A stretch of 64,000 nt of DNA, from positions 1-64,000 of the forward strand of contig JBJCIZ010001674.1 in NCBI GenBank assembly GCA_051294375.1. Direction: 5' to 3'. Origin of the DNA: Paraspadella gotoi. Taxonomy: Eukaryota > Animalia > Chaetognatha. Of the stretch, positions 11,376 to 23,389 are shown one piece after another. The notes under the pieces are model-generated. The model had not been told where the DNA came from, made no database searches, and worked only from the letters and a program-made list of their open reading frames with translations. A program made the position numbers and the translations under genes. Within the stretch, counting starts at the first letter, position 1; each line of letters begins with the position of its first letter.

Positions 11376-12646
11376 TTATTTGACGACGATTCTTCTATCG
11401 TTGTCTTCCTTTTTCTTCTTCCTCTCCTTCTTCTTTTCCTCCGGGATTTTGCTTCTTGACGTTGAAGCGTCGTTTGTATGCATTTCGACCGACCGCTTCT
11501 TTGGTTCCGGTCCCTGCATCTCCATCTCCTGCCATCCTTGGTCTTTTGGCTTTTCCCAGCCGTTGGTTCCGCTCTTTTTTATTAATTTAATCTTTAGTTC
11601 GTCGTTTGATTTTTCCCGTTTTTGTTTGCCCGTGGTTTTCTCCTTGTGTTGATTTTCGGGCGGGAGTGCCCGTGAGGTCGCAACTTGTCCCTCCTCCCGC
11701 CTGCTGCTTTCTCCGTGGGTCTGCATTTCCGTTGGCCCTCTTACTGGCTGAGTTGTCCGTGGCGTTGATTTTTTTTCCTCCTCTCGTTCGTCGTATTCTC
11801 TCATTAGCACATGCGCCCGTCTCTCGGGCAGGAGTGCCCGTGAGGTTGACATTCTCGCCTCCTCCTGCCCGCTCCATCCTCTATTCCCTACGGATCCCAG
11901 TGTCAGTTCAACGACTCTGCTCCATCTTCGTTCTGTCTCGAGGTTTTCCCATGACTTTCTGTCTAACTTTTCCTCGAACTCCTTCTTTTCCTTTTCCTTT
12001 GCGCTTTCTAATAATTGTATTCTACTTTTTAGCCACTCGTTTTCATGATAGAGTTGAGCTTTCTCATTTCTGAGTTTATGAATTTCTCTTTGGGCTCTCG
12101 TTTCGAATTCTGATTCGCTCCTTTTCTCGTTTTCCTCAGGTCTTTCCCTCTCGTTTTTCTCCTTTTTTATTCTTTCGACTTTCTCTTTTTCGATCCTGGA
12201 CTCACTTTTTTCTTTCTGTTTCGTTACCTCGTAATTTCTTTTGATATATAGGTTAAATTTTGACTTCGGCCATCCCCTTACTGCTGCTACTTGTCTCCAT
12301 GTATCGCGAATGTCGATCACGAGTTGGGGAATCGCTGTTATTTCGGCCCAACGGTGGTCGAAGACCCATTCATCTTGAGTTCCCAGTACGATGGGCAGCG
12401 TTTTGTCTAGCATCGCCCTCTTTGCTGATGGTGAGATTTCTCCGCTTTTCATCCGGTCCCAATAAAGTGCCTTGAATTCCTGGTTAATTATGAGTTCGTT
12501 ATTATTTGGCAATAAGTTTGTTCGTTTTTTCTTTCTTTTTCGTTTATTTAATTTCTTACCTCTGGCCAATTGTCTGGTGGCTGGAACTCGAGATCAATTA
12601 TTTCCTCTTGTTTCACCATGAGGTCGATCGTATCTTCGTCTTGCAT
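11376..12646 (-). CDS. BEL accessory ORF3, probably spliced (exons 12646-12560 and 12479-11376, about 396 aa); coiled-coil, basic protein, not env
   Basis: Long open frame after pol. GAG|GTAAGA...TTAACCAG|GAA defines an 80-nt phase-0 intron joining an ATG-initiated exon to the 367-codon frame. No transmembrane segment or signal peptide visible. Confidence 0.65.
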
Positions 12647-12895
12647 TTTCACTGACTCATTTATTATTTTAAACAAAGAAGGGAAGAAAATGTTTCCCGT
12701 CGATTTAAAAATTCGAAAAAAACGGATGACGGTATTCATCCAGAGTTCGGTTTGTAGTCGTTTGTTGATCCGTCTCTAGGCAGCGTGCTTGCTTTGCGAA
12801 CGAGGTTTTCTTCTTCTTACGTTTAGTTTCAGTGTTATTTTCATTTCTTAGAATTTGCTGTACGCCGCTATTGAGTGTCGTTTATTTTTAACTTT

Positions 12896-15800
12896 TTAGA
12901 TTTCGAGTGGCACGAGCGACATCTTGTGTCGTCTGCTTATCTTTCCGTTTGGAAGTTTTATCAACGCTTCTCTTGCGTAATTTCCTTCACCTTTTGTTTC
13001 GACTACTATTCCCGTGCGCCAAACGTCTCGTGGAAGATTATTTTCAGTTATCAGTACGAGTTGACCTACCTTTAAATCGTTGTTTGATTTGTTCCATTTT
13101 TCTCTCCTTTGTAACGTCGTTAAATATTCAGTTGACCATCGCTCCCAGAATTTGTCCGCCGCTTCTCTTACTTGTCGCCAAGTCGCTCTCATTTGGTCTC
13201 CTATGGACGGTGCGTGCGGTAATAAGGTAAGGGCTGTTGAGGAGTGTGCGTACGGGTAAATGAAATTTATCGGTGAGAGCGTAGTTTCTTCGTTTGGATC
13301 CGTTGATGCGGCTGTTAAAGGCCTTCGGTTTAGTATACCTGATATTTCACTTAGTATCGTCGTAAACGTATCCAAGTCTGGTTGTGGGGGCATGGCTGCG
13401 CTTATGTGTTTCTTGGCTGATCTTACTAATCTCTCCCAGATACCGCCCCAGTGCGGAGCATCCGGTGGGCCGAATCTCCATTCAATTCCCTTTTCTGCTA
13501 TTATTTCATTTAATTTTTTGTCTTGGCTTACCGCTTTCAATTGTCTCTTTATTTCATTCGCCGCTCCTACGAAATTCGTTCCGTTGTCTGATATTAATAC
13601 TTCAAGTCCAGGGCAAGAGTTTTTGAACCTTATGAGTGCGTTCAAGACGGACATGGCTGACATATCTTTTAATACTTCAAATGTGATTGCTCGTGTCGCT
13701 AGACAAGTGAGGAGTAGGACGTTTTTCTTATTAAGGCCTCTGCCGGCCATTTTAACTTGAAATGGGCCGAATACGTCTAGGCCAGTTGCTCTGAACGGGA
13801 TCGTTATGTTCGTACGTTCTATGGGAAGATTGGCCATTTTTTGTGGAGTTGGTCGTTTGTAAAGTCGTTGACATGTTACGCACTTTCGTACTATGTTTTC
13901 TACTTGTTGTCGTCCTCCAAGCAACGTGTATTTTTGTTTCAGTATGTGGAACGTGGTTCCCGTTCCAGCATGTAGTAATGACTCGTGTTCGTCTCTTATC
14001 ATGGCGTTGACCGTTTCGTCGTTTTTTGGAAGTATATAGGGATACTTCGTGTCGTATGTTAGATCGTTTGCATTTTTTAATCGTCCTCCTGTTCTCAAGC
14101 AGCCTTCCTCGTCAATGAATGGATTTAGTCCCGTCGTTTTCGTTGACCTGTTTCTTAGTTCTTTGTGTGAATCTGGTGAGTTTACTCCAAGTTTTACTAG
14201 CTCGAACATTTCTGATTTGAAATGTTTTCTTTGAATGGCTCGTATGAGGATGATTTTTGTCTGTTTGACTGTTTTTGCGTCTAGCGTGATGCCGTTAATT
14301 TTTTTGTTTACCTTGTTTTTACTCTTTAGGATTACAACGATTTCTTTTACCGCTTTTAAAAAATAAGCGACTCGTCGGATTTTTCCCATCCAAGTTCCGA
14401 TCTTCTCCGTCATCTTCAAGGGCCACGTCACATTCGCGTCATCTGTAATTGGGTTTTTTGGATACTCATGGGTCGCATTAATCACTACTAACTCAATCGG
14501 TGAGTAGCCACTATCTTCATCGGTTTCATTCAACTTCGTCTCTGATTCCTTTTTTCCCTTTTTCAGTTTTTCGGGATCTCTCTCAATCGGCCACTCCTCC
14601 GTCGGCTTCGTCAACCATTGGGGACCTTCAAGGAACACTTTCCACTTCTTCTGCTCGTCTGCTGCCAGTCCTCGGCTGGCATAATCAGCTGGGTTTTCTT
14701 CTCCAGGCACGTGCGCCCAGTCAGAGGTTTTCGTCAATGCTCTGATCGCTTTTAATCTGAAATTTTCAAATGTCTTAAATCTTTTCGTCCAACTTTGTAT
14801 CCATTTCAGGACTGTCGCGGAATCCGTCAACATCACAATCTCGTCAAAGGTTTCACCTCCTTCACGTACTATCACGTCTCTCATCTGCGCGGCGAGTCGC
14901 GCCGCATTCAACTCAAGTCTCGGCATGCTGTCTCCGTGATCAATTTGTCCAGGTATTATCGTCTTCTGCATCTGTGTGGGCACAACGTGAGCTCGTGAAT
15001 AAAAATATGACACCTTACTTTTTCCAGATCTTGTGTCTTCCTTCTTTATGTACGCTACCGCTCCGTATCCGTCAATTGAGGCGTCTCCAAATACTATCAA
15101 AGTGGTTTTGTTTACCTCTATTCCATCGTCTGAGGTCCATCGGGGCAACATGATCTTCTTTAGGTGGGGTAAGCTCTTTCTCCATTCGTTCGTCTTTTCT
15201 CGTAACTCCTCGGGCAATTTTTTATCCCAATCTATTTTTAGGCTCGCGGCATTCTGCGCCAAGATCCGTCCTCTCAATGTAAATGGCGACACCAGGCCCA
15301 ACGGGTCAAATACTGACGCCACCAGTCTCCACAGGTCTCTTTTCGTATTTACCTCGTTCTCCGCTCTCTTCGACTTTTTAACGAAATAAACGTCTCTCTT
15401 AAAGTTGTATCCGACTCCCAACACTTTGGAGGCGTGCTCTCCCTCTGATGGGTCTTCCGGAAATGCGTTGTCGGCAACCGACTCCAAATCGTCCGTCAAT
15501 TCGTCACTCGTCTCTTCAGGGGCTTCAACCACCTCGTCGTCGTCGTCCACCAGCGCTGCAGGTTCTGAGGATTGCCATTTACCTAGCTCGAATCCTCCTC
15601 GTCTCAATGCCTCCGTCAAATTCCGTCGCATCTTCCGTGCCTCTTCAATATTATCCAGTGAGTCCAAATAATCGTCCACGTAAAACTTAATAAATAATGC
15701 AATGATTACCTCGATTGGGAATTCGTCTTGAATGCTTTTTCCGTGATACTGTAATACGAAGGTAGCCACGCCTGGGCTGCCTGCTCCACCAAATACGTGA

Positions 15801-17050
15801 ACAAGGGGTTCGTGTTTCTCCAGCGTCTTGAGGGTTTTGTCTTTGTAGAAAAAATATCTGAAGGCTCCGACGTCTTTCGGGTCCAACTCAATTTGGTGAA
15901 AAAACAGTTTTATGTCTCCTGCTAATGTCACCTTCTTTTTTCTGAATTTAAATAGGATACCGATCAACGGGGTCAAGTTGTCCGGTCCAGGGATCAATTC
16001 GTCGTTCAAGGATCTGCCTCTTACCTTTGATGCGCAGTCCTGACAGATTCGGAACTTACCGGGCTTGTCCGGCCTCGTCACAACATGCAAAGGTGTGTAA
16101 AACTCCGGATTTTTGTCTAACGTATCTTCTACCACTTTTCTCGAGTGGCCCATCTCAATTGTTTCTTCCATTGTTTTCATGACTCCTTCTAACAATACTG
16201 GATCACTTTTCATTTTAAATGCTGTTTTTCTTGCCCTATTTTTCGCGTTTTGTATCGACTCTTCACAAACCGTTTTAAAGTATTCAGCCGTCTTTTCTCT
16301 CCCTTTTTTCCAGGGTGACGGGGCGATGTAGTGACCTGTGATGGGATTTTTTCGTATCCCAGCCTCCAGCTGCTCCAACGCGTATTGGTCCTGGGCCGAT
16401 GGGTGGACCACTTCCGAGGGATATCTCTCGTCTCCTCTGAGAATAAAATCGTGTTTAAACATTGTTTGTATTAATTTTTCTAACTCATCATATTCGTTTG
16501 TATCAATACAACATCCTATTGTCTCGGGGTTTTCTTTTGATGAGGCACCTATCAGTGTCCATCCAAATGCCGTCTTCAGTGCAATGGGTTCCTTCTCATT
16601 GCCGACTCTCGTCTCTCCACCAATCCAGAGTGGAGCAAATCTCGCGTCTAGTATAATTTCAATATCGTCGTCGTTTAACTCGTCTAGTTCAACGTCTCTC
16701 ATGTGTTCATAGTCTCGTATATCCGCGTTTCGATAGGGCGCCTCATTTTCCGTAGTTAGGATATCTCCTACCAATACCCTTTTAGCCATCGTCATATTAG
16801 ACCCGTCAAGGGCTGAGATAGATATATCAACGTAATCTCTCCAGTTTCTCGATACTGAGTCATACGTAGTTAGGTTAGTGAATAGTGTATATGGTTTCAA
16901 TCCTAATTTTGTTATTATTTTTGATGTTATTGCTGACCTTGTGGCTCCTGTGTCCAGTAAAGCATACGTAGCAACCTTTTTTGATCCGTTTTTAACGATG
17001 ATTGGGACAATCGGACGTAGTGCCCCCGTTGCTGCGTATGCTGCCGCAAG
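12896..17050 (-). CDS. pol: BEL/Pao Pol (protease, RT, RNase H, integrase), intact
   Basis: YALLDTGATRS protease in frame upstream of the listed ORF; FYVDD RT; FGDAS..GYGAVAY, PRLEL and NPADYASRG RNase H; H..H..C..C, GLDVFGP, SDNGTNF and PHWGGIWERLV integrase. Confidence 0.97.
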   Translation of the reverse strand, partial: LAAAYAATGALRPIVPIIVKNGSKKVATYALLDTGATRSAITSKIITKLGLKPYTLFTNLTTYDSVSRNWRDYVDISISALDGSNMTMAKRVLVGDILTTENEAPYRNADIRDYEHMRDVELDELNDDDIEIILDARFAPLWIGGETRVGNEKEPIALKTAFGWTLIGASSKENPETIGCCIDTNEYDELEKLIQTMFKHDFILRGDERYPSEVVHPSAQDQYALEQLEAGIRKNPITGHYIAPSPWKKGREKTAEYFKTVCEESIQNAKNRARKTAFKMKSDPVLLEGVMKTMEETIEMGHSRKVVEDTLDKNPEFYTPLHVVTRPDKPGKFRICQDCASKVRGRSLNDELIPGPDNLTPLIGILFKFRKKKVTLAGDIKLFFHQIELDPKDVGAFRYFFYKDKTLKTLEKHEPLVHVFGGAGSPGVATFVLQYHGKSIQDEFPIEVIIALFIKFYVDDYLDSLDNIEEARKMRRNLTEALRRGGFELGKWQSSEPAALVDDDDEVVEAPEETSDELTDDLESVADNAFPEDPSEGEHASKVLGVGYNFKRDVYFVKKSKRAENEVNTKRDLWRLVASVFDPLGLVSPFTLRGRILAQNAASLKIDWDKKLPEELREKTNEWRKSLPHLKKIMLPRWTSDDGIEVNKTTLIVFGDASIDGYGAVAYIKKEDTRSGKSKVSYFYSRAHVVPTQMQKTIIPGQIDHGDSMPRLELNAARLAAQMRDVIVREGGETFDEIVMLTDSATVLKWIQSWTKRFKTFENFRLKAIRALTKTSDWAHVPGEENPADYASRGLAADEQKKWKVFLEGPQWLTKPTEEWPIERDPEKLKKGKKESETKLNETDEDSGYSPIELVVINATHEYPKNPITDDANVTWPLKMTEKIGTWMGKIRRVAYFLKAVKEIVVILKSKNKVNKKINGITLDAKTVKQTKIILIRAIQRKHFKSEMFELVKLGVNSPDSHKELRNRSTKTTGLNPFIDEEGCLRTGGRLKNANDLTYDTKYPYILPKNDETVNAMIRDEHESLLHAGTGTTFHILKQKYTLLGGRQQVENIVRKCVTCQRLYKRPTPQKMANLPIERTNITIPFRATGLDVFGPFQVKMAGRGLNKKNVLLLTCLATRAITFEVLKDMSAMSVLNALIRFKNSCPGLEVLISDNGTNFVGAANEIKRQLKAVSQDKKLNEIIAEKGIEWRFGPPDAPHWGGIWERLVRSAKKHISAAMPPQPDLDTFTTILSEISGILNRRPLTAASTDPNEETTLSPINFIYPYAHSSTALTLLPHAPSIGDQMRATWRQVREAADKFWERWSTEYLTTLQRREKWNKSNNDLKVGQLVLITENNLPRDVWRTGIVVETKGEGNYAREALIKLPNGKISRRHKMSLVPLEI

Positions 17051-19276
17051 TCAGGATGACGTCGACGGCATCGTTCGGTCGTCTTCATGCAAAGAGGAGT
17101 GGTGCCGCCCTGAACAGATTCGGCATCCCAGAATTTTGCCGCAAGTGGCCGCAGTATGCCCTGGCTCGAGGCATCGTCTGCACATCCCTTTCTCATCTAA
17201 TAGGGCCTTTCTCGCTTCCTTCTTCAGGTCCAGGTATCCGTGACATGATCCAGTATGGTGTCCTCCTTTACAGAAGGCGCAACTCAACGTCGTGTTTCGC
17301 CGCGGCGCGTGTGTGGCCGGGTTCTGATTGGGATTTGGAAATGTTACAGTGTCGGTACTTGCCGATACGTTCGCCGTCGCGGATCCTCGGTAGAAGGTCC
17401 TTCCGGTCATCCTCGGCGTTGTCATCGTCGTCGTCGTCGTTGTGACCGCTGTCGTTGCGCCAAATATGACGTTTCTGTTCTCTTGTATCATCGACTGTCT
17501 CTTCAAGAAAGTAATAAATTTGTCAAACCCTGGCTCTACCTCTTGGGATAGATCGTCATCTTCGTCGGCCAATCTCGCGAGCCTGTCGTCAGCCATCCTC
17601 TTGGCCCATGCCGCCCCAAACTGTGGCAATCTCCTGTTTAGAATATCATTATATGTGTCCTGAGCTCCAAAGCTAGATCCACGCCCTGTCTCATGCGCCC
17701 ACGCGTAAATCTTTTCTAACTCTAGTATAGCTGTCTTCACTCCGGCTGCCTCGCGGACCTTACCTCCTCTCAACCACTCCTTCAGCATATGCTTCGCCGT
17801 GTGAGCCTTTTTTCCAAATTCAAATTTTAGTGCTTTGATTACCTTGGTGAGCGCTTGGACGTAATCCTTTGATGCTTCAAAACGCGAGATGATGTGGAGG
17901 GCATCTCCGCTGAAGTACTCCCTCAACTCTCCAAATCTCATCTCCTCTGTAACTCCGTCAATGTTGGCGAGAGACTCGAACAAATTTAATTGCGTTTCGA
18001 AATCTACCTTTCCATCTCCGACAAATTTCGCTTTGGGCCTCTTCTGCTGCAAAAGGGTCAGCGCTTGGTGCTGCAGCTGGATGCGGCAGAGTTGTGCCAT
18101 GGGATTCGTCTCCATCACGGGCTCGCTGGATGGCGTTGTCGGATTCACTCTGCTTGGCACTATCGCCGGGTCGACCTGCTCCACAACTGGTCTAATCGGA
18201 GACAACTGCCTTACCTTTGGCATGGATGGCTCGGCTGTGCGTGCCACTTCCCGGTCTCGCTAAATTCGGCGCCTCTTCATCATCAATCGGCACCTGGAAA
18301 TCCACCAAATCTTCGTCCGGGTACTTACGGCGCGGCGGCTGCTGCTGCTGCGGCGTCGGCACTCTCCACTGGCGGTGGCGTCGGCGTCTTCTGAGCTGAC
18401 TCTGCTGGAACGGTGGGTGGTCCGTTTGGCAGTAACTGGGCTCCATGCGGCGTCTCCACCACCGTCTCCAGTCCGTCAAAGTCATGCTCTCGATCATCTT
18501 TCCTCTGCATTTTAAACGCCTCATCTCGTTCTCTTTTTCTTCCGTGCCAACTCCTTTGCTTCCATCTCCAGCCTCAGCTGTCTCTCTTTCGTCTCCAGCT
18601 CTAATTTAAAACGTTTCTCTCTTTTTCCATCTCCAGCCTCAGCTGTCTCTCTTTGCTTTCCATTTCGAGCTGCATCTGTCTCTTTTACTCGCCCCACTCT
18701 GCCTTCAATTTTTCTATCTCTAACCTGCTCTTTTGTTCAGCGATTTTCGACGCCTCCATCGCGTGACGTTTCTGCGACGCGAGCGATCCGCGTGATGATG
18801 TAGAGCCCACCTTTCTCGGGGGCGAAGTCGAGGGTCCTGACAATATTACCGTTCGACTTGACGTAGCGATGGGCACTCCTAGATCCGGCTCGGCGACCCA
18901 ATTTGAGCTGTGAGGCGACGGCCAATTCCCTCCAATTCCTCACCTATTGGGCGGACATCTCCGGCTGAGAAGCATCTCTGCGACGCGAACGGCAACTGGC
19001 GGAACGACGCCGCCAGGAACCGGAGGATGTGTCGACGCGCTGCTCCTGGCGCAGGGAAGTCGCTGAGGGCACGCTTCGCCCCTCAAGGACCGTCCTCGCC
19101 CCGGTCAGTCTCCAAAGCCGAGATTACGTTGATAACGTCGTGGAGCTGCTGGGTCGTCTTCTTCAGAAGCTTCCTCTGATGCGAAGCCTCGGCGACCGTA
19201 TCCGGCGTCGGATCATACTTAGCCAACCCGGCAAATTTCTAAAACGTTTCAATACCGTTCGCCAATTCCGTAACAT
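17051..19276 (-). CDS. gag: BEL/Pao Gag (open 17051-18247; upstream part frameshifted, start approximate)
   Basis: Three BEL-type knuckles: CAFCKGGHHTGSC, CRRCLEPGHTAATC and CRICSGRHHSSLH. Coiled-coil fragments upstream. Confidence 0.85.
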
Positions 19277-19929
19277 AATGGTCTGACCCCTCTCTGCGTT
19301 TGATTATCGCTTTCAGCCAAGTATCCTAGCAACAACTCCATACCCATCAAAATCACGGGCAACTGTACGAGACATTTATTTCAATATTAAGTTCGTTCAT
19401 CAATTCGTTTCACTCCGTCTCTCTCTCTATCTCTATCAATCACAATATAGGCAGTACCAAGTTAGGACACCAATAATAATTAAATGCAGTATCACGTATC
19501 GACAAAGCAATAATGAAAAAAGTTTGCGCGGTTTGTTTTTTTATTTCTATTTCGCCTCCGTTCCGTTCTTTAGTTTATTTACTTCAATAAATAAATATTC
19601 TCCAATAATTGCAATGATGATTGAGCGATTGATAAAATACGTACCCGGCGAGCTCTTCCGCCCCGATTTATTCAAAAGATAGGGCGTGACTTCGGGCGCC
19701 CTCTCTATGGAAGAGATGCCGCTTCTATGGGCCAACCTCCCTTTTCGTTCGACACCGCTTCAGTGTCCCTTCGTTTTTCTATTTTCGTTTTCGACACTCT
19801 CTTCGTGGGAGTGCCACCTTTATTTTTCGGCGCTCTTTTCGTGGAGCCCCAAATCTTTGTGCTGTAAAACGTCACATAACCTTCAAACCGCCAAACTCGT
19901 CGTCCCCAAGAACGCCTCTTTCACCCAGA

Positions 19930-20356
19930 TGTTTTTAATGTTAATTTTGGTCCGCGGGCGCTGAGCCTCGCGTTCTTGCTAACGATCAATACACCGACGT
20001 AACCAAACAAACCATTTATTGAGAACCATATGTCGTAACAAAGTTAAAAACCTATAATAAATCAAATATATCAACTTATATTCCTATTTTTATACTACAA
20101 TTTTACTGTAACCGTACATTCTTTGGTTTCCCGGCTTCGACCAAATATCAATCTCGAAAAAAATACTATTATTTAAAGAAAGTCAAAAAATCATTCTCTC
20201 CTCAGCAAAAATCCGATGCCGGCGCCTTCGCTCTCCCAAATTCGGTATGCGCCGTTTTCTTCTTCCCGCGCGCTAATTTGGCGTCGCAACGTAATGAATT
20301 TTTCATGCCCGGGCGCCCGCGTCCGCGCGCGCCGCATTGGCTCGCCTGTCTTTACA
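19930..20356 (-). repeat. 5' LTR of the BEL/Pao element
   Basis: TGTAAAG...AAAAACA on minus, followed by a PBS-like sequence. Confidence 0.9.
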
Positions 20357-21004
20357 TATAATCGTTTCATTTTCGTCAAATCATGACAAATGATGGTAAT
20401 ATTTAGAATCTTATGATGACTTAGAGAGACAAATGTAAATAATATAAAATGACATAGAGAGACAAATCCATGACAATGATGATGACATTTACAGTCAAAT
20501 GATGACAATGATAATGACATTTAGAGTCTAATCATGATGACATTGACCTTTTAAATGATGACAATCGTTATGACCAGGTAAAACGGCTGTAATTTCTTTC
20601 TGTGTCACTCATCATGTTTTCTGTCATAGATTAATCTCTCTATAAACGATTCATTCACAAAGATCAGTGAACGCGAGAAATTAACGTCCGGCCTTCACAA
20701 CAATTTCACGGATCTAAAAGATAATCTAGCCTGGATGGAACTCTACCTCGTATGATTCCAAACCTCTCACTGATCAAACAACAATGAAAACAAACATAGT
20801 GAGAGATGGATAAGGTCAATTTTGATTGTAACTCTATTTACTATTTAATTCTACTACGTGCGGTTATTCACATTCGGGTCACAAAAAATTCACCCGAAAA
20901 TTAGAAAAGACGCTTTATTTACAATTAAGTCAAAAGCGGAACAAAAAAAAACAAACGTAAACAAACGGAATCGTGAAAACAAAAAGGACAAATAAATTAT
21001 CGCT

Positions 21005-21056
21005 GTCTCTCTCTCTCCTCTCGTCTCTCTCTCTCGTCTCTCTCTCTCTCTCTCTT

Positions 21057-21121
<65 letters not shown>
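21005..21121. repeat. (CT)n microsatellite
   Basis: Seen directly. Confidence 0.95.
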
Positions 21122-21124
<3 letters not shown>

Positions 21125-21139
21125 GCATGTTCGTCTTCT

Positions 21140-22190
21140 TTTTAGTCGGATCTGCTATATCAGCAGATCCGCCAAACTCACTTTATAACTCACTTTTTCG
21201 GTTCCGTCAGCGTCCGCCCCTCAATATTGTCTGGGCACACACTATTATATCATGTCCAGAACATCGGATTATGACTAAATATGCAAAATGATCCGATCCG
21301 ATCGCCGTCGTGTCGCGATCGTTCCGGTCCGGTCCGCCGGGTCCGTCCCACCTTACAACATAAACAACAATTACTCGTGATTGGCATGATGGATTTAAAT
21401 GAAATTTTGTGTGGGATAGGTAGAGTTGTGTGATGAGCCTGGGATATTAAAGTTTCGATGGAATTCGTCCGAGTGGAAATGAGTTTACAATGGAAAACAA
21501 AACAAAAAATATATCACTATTTCTGAACACCAATTGCTCATGCATGTGGATGGGACTGATTGACTGGAATTTCGTGTATTGGTAGATAAGTGTTGTGAAT
21601 TGAACAGGCAAAGTTCAAGTTTCGATGGAATAGTTGAGTGAAATGAGTTTAAATGAAAAAACACAAAAAACCTGTTGTTACTAATTTGATTATGCTTCTT
21701 ATTTCACTTTTATTAAACGTTATATGCAGGATGTATTTAATAAATCAAATAATTAATGCAGTTAATTACAATCAATCTAGTAAAATAATTAATCAACTAC
21801 ATTAATTAATTAGTCAACTCAATCCCGTCCATCCGTCCCATCTTGAGCCCAAAAAGCTCCCATAACTATCGTGATTGGACTGTTGGATTGGCAATTAAAT
21901 TCGTTGGTGGGGTAGGAAAAGTGTGTGATACAAACGCTGGATATACAGAATTTCCCGATGGAATTCGTTGTGAGTGGAAATAGTTTTAAATGTGACAAAA
22001 CATACGTCCGATTTACTTAAATTCTTTCTTACTTATTAACCATAAATCACTCTCAATTAACTCATAATGGATGGAATAGATTGAGTTGAAATTTTGTGTG
22101 TGAGGTAGGAAAATGTGATGACCGAACGCTTGATATAAAAGTTCAAGTGGAACGTACCAGTGGAAATGAGTTTAAAATAGAAAAAAAATA
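21140..22190 (+). mobile_element. Helentron-associated (HINE/DINE-1-like) non-autonomous element with internal tandem repeats
   Basis: T-run, palindrome CGGATCTGC-tatatca-GCAGATCCG, GTCC-type microsatellite, then about four diverged units each ending GAGTGGAAATGAGTTT. Confidence 0.5.
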
Positions 22191-22744
22191 TGAGTCACAT
22201 TATACTTGAATCTCTTTTCTGATTATATTTTAACCTCCATGATGATTGAGAATGAAATTTTGTGAGAAGCGCTGCCGTATGGCTACAAAAGCTGAAGTGA
22301 CACAAGCTAGCTCTATGCATAAAGTTTATTGACGGCCAATCGCAAGAGGTTGAAGAAAATCGCATAGTTGACAAAAATGTGCCCAAGCTTAAAAAATTCT
22401 TAAACAGCATAAAGGATCCCGTCGCTATTAATCAGAACAAGAGAGAGAGAAGAGATAGAGAGAGAGATGAGAGTAGAGAGAGGAGAGAGAGAGTGAGAGA
22501 GAGAAGAGAGGGAGAGAGAGAAGAGAGAGAGAAGGAGACATACATAATAAAAAAATCTTAAAGACCTCAAGATCGAGCAGAGCACTATCAATAGAAAAAT
22601 TAATGAAAAAACAACCGGGGAAAAAAACGCATGAATCATGCGATAACGAATATTGATGAATAGTAATTGAATTGAGGTAATACTAATTGATTGATGTAAT
22701 AGCTATATTTGATAGAAGTTTGATGTAATAGGAATTGATTATTG

Positions 22745-23389
22745 ATTCGATATGTATTGAACTATGTTCGTAGAGGTGGCTGATCGTTGACAACTAACTG
22801 GCTGAGCTGATCCTGCGCTATCAAAACGAGAGGAATTCGAGTTTAGATGGCGCGGACGAGACGATGGCGCGGTCTTGACGCTCAAGATGATCTGACGACA
22901 AAGTCCTAAGCCCAGCACTTCTAGTTGGTATCTGAGTAGAGAGAGTAGAGTTAGAAGTCTTTGTTTCTGAAGCCATAATAATATGAGATGTTTCCTCTAT
23001 AGAAAGTCCACCAATCCAGCGATCACATCTTATAAAAAAATGAAGTTTCCGAGATATCTTAATAGCGATTTATTATCTTTTAAAAGTAGTAAATATAAAA
23101 CGACATTGCAAGACTGAACAAAACTGAGAGGTCACACGTCGATAGATATCAATGCTGAGATCTAACGAAACGGCGGGAAACAATCAGAAACAGCCATGGC
23201 GTAGCCACTCGGAAGCTGCTACTTAAGTATATATACTATGATACAATTAGAAACCAAAGATGTCGCCTGTGGATCGCCGAAGAAATAGAATTTCACTTGC
23301 GTTAGTAAAATAGAAATAAAAGAGCATCGGGGGTGAAGAAGAGAAGTTTGGATTTCTCACGGTATATTATTTATAATGATTTCGTAACA
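22745..23389 (-). mobile_element. LTR-like repeat (3' LTR), intron-less version; degenerate internal region probably extends to about 25970
   Basis: Starts TGTTACGAA on minus right after purine tract AGCGAGGGG; homologous to 28885-29657. Left boundary approximate. Confidence 0.55.

Larger units (their letters stand above)
10198..20356 (-). mobile_element. Near full-length BEL/Pao LTR retrotransposon with an extra ORF
   Basis: Near-identical ~400-bp LTRs at 10198-10600 and 19930-20356, both starting TGTAAAGACAGG on minus. PPT at 10601-10610; PBS-like TGG(G)TGAAAAGAGG after the 5' LTR; domain order gag-PR-RT-RH-IN. No TSD recognisable. Confidence 0.95.

Noticed and set aside
11376-12569. ORF3 as an env gene
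   Set aside because: No signal peptide, transmembrane helix or cysteines; highly charged throughout.
12907-18604. Numerous plus-strand ORFs inside the BEL element
   Set aside because: Antisense shadows of gag-pol with no independent motifs.
20890-21188. RE- or SL-repeat ORFs (also 22379-22639)
   Set aside because: Translations of GA/CT microsatellites.
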